From positions 248,001-312,000 of the forward strand of contig NW_026867377.1 in assembly GCF_026571515.1 (NCBI RefSeq): a DNA stretch of 64,000 nt, written 5' to 3'. The DNA comes from Ruditapes philippinarum. Taxonomy: Eukaryota. This document shows, in pieces, positions 62,625 to 64,000 of this stretch. The translations under genes were made by a program, and so were the position numbers. How positions within the stretch are numbered: position 1 is the first letter of the stretch; each line of letters opens with the position of its first letter. The notes beneath the pieces were generated by a model. The model was not told the DNA's origin, did no database searches, and worked only from the letters and a program-made list of their open reading frames with translations.

Positions 62625-64000
62625 GTCCCCTTGGGCAAGACAAAATTTTGACCCAAGGGTTTAAGTAAAAACAATCTTGATACAGGTCCACCAAACAACA
62701 TTTCAAGTCAAATATCTAAGCTGTCGCTTTCTCCCATTCGAAAACATTTGTTTTATTTTCTGTTTTTACTATGTGTACATATGTGTACATAATGAGAATA
62801 ACTGACACCAGGGGAAAAATTTGAACAACTTTGGTAGAGGACCTATAGATGATATTATAAAGGAAGCATCGAAGCTCTATGCCTTGTATTTTTTATTTTT
62901 TTTACTGTATGTACATAATGAAAATCAATGAGCCCAGGGGCGTAACCAATTTGACCCCGTGGCTATAAGTAGAGGTTCACTTCACAAAGTCTCATGCCAT
63001 ATATTTAACCTCTAGCCTTTGTCAATTAAGAGAAGAGATTTCTCACTTTTTAAAGCTTTATACAAATATAAGGAAAAAAATACGCCTCTGGGGCAGGCAA
63101 TTTTAACAACAAGGCATAATTGAAACAACTTTAGTATAGAGGAACCCATAGATATATTATATAAACCAAAATATCAAAAGCTCCTAAGCCTGTACCTTCA
63201 GAAACAAGAATTTTTTCCATTTTTTACTAAATAACAAGTGAAAAATCAATGACCCCCTAGGGCTATAATTTGTACAATTCTTTCTAGAGGTTCACTACAC
63301 AAATGTTCAATGCAAAATATCTTACTCTAGCCTTGTAAATTTAGAGAAAATGAATTTTTTTTTAATTTTTACGAATCAATACATATAAGGAAAACCTATG
63401 CCCCCTGGGCGGGGCTAATTTTGGCACTAGAGCAAAATTTGAACAACTTTGGTAGAGTACCTATAGATGATATCATTTAACAAATATTAAAGCTCTAAGC
63501 CTTGTACCTTCAGACAATAAGATTTTTTTTATTTTTTACTTTATGTTTATATTGAAAATCAATGACCCCCGGGGCGGGGGCAATTTTGACCCCAGGGCTG
63601 TAATTTGAACAATCTTGCTAGAGGTTCACTACACAATGTTTCATGCAAAATATCTAACCTCTAGCATTTGTCAATTGCTAGAAGAAATTTTTTTTAAAGT
63701 TTTTACTATATACATACATGTATAAGGAAAAGCATTGACCCCCGGGACGGGCCGATTTTGACCCCAAGGCTATAATTTGAACAATCTGGGTAGATGTCTA
63801 CCAGACAATGCCTTATGCAAAATATCTAAGCTCTAGGCCTTTTGGGTCTTTACAAGAAGGTATTTTTAGTTTTTACTATATGTACATATAGTGAAAATCA
63901 ATGACCCCCGGTGGCAGGGCCGATTTTGACCCCAGGGCTATAATTTGAACAATCTTGGAAGAGGTCTACCAGAAAATGCCTTATGCAAAATATCTAAGCT
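62625..64000. repeat. Diverged array of the same ~165-bp satellite superfamily, running off the window
   Basis: Shared motifs aatcaatgaccccc, ggggcgggg, ttttgaccccagggc, tttgaacaa and aatatctaagctctag. Confidence 0.85.

Overview
AT-rich animal genomic DNA. The repeat families look like a bivalve mollusc (inference). There is no prokaryotic content, CRISPR array, rRNA or true tRNA. The main feature is a minus-strand tandem array of four three-exon LHFPL6/LHFP-like tetraspan genes (A 9940-13304, B 15939-18976, C 21725-24803, D 37242-40403), all with GT-AG phase-1 introns and exon sizes of 406/99/125 nt (D exon 3 is longer as written). Copies A-C show patchy homogenisation consistent with gene conversion. 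A Mab-21/cGAS-like receptor (cGLR) gene with an intact nucleotidyltransferase motif but a frameshifted C-terminus sits antisense between copies C and D. An intronless class A GPCR with a QRY motif lies at 6162-7265. The rest is transposon-derived: two 5'-truncated L1/Tx1-type LINEs with readable target-site duplications (TSDs), tRNA-derived SINEs, hairpin-ended elements (two forming a ~700-bp inverted repeat), TTAA-flanked and nested MITEs, a 38-bp fused-TIR palindrome, and Helentron-associated elements carrying a 166-bp satellite, one of them tandemly duplicated. Segments ~36740-38060 and ~59560-61450 look like homopolymer-corrupted consensus. I see no unambiguous new multi-gene system; the best candidate for novelty is the LHFPL6 expansion with its nested cGLR. 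All identity counts are by eye.
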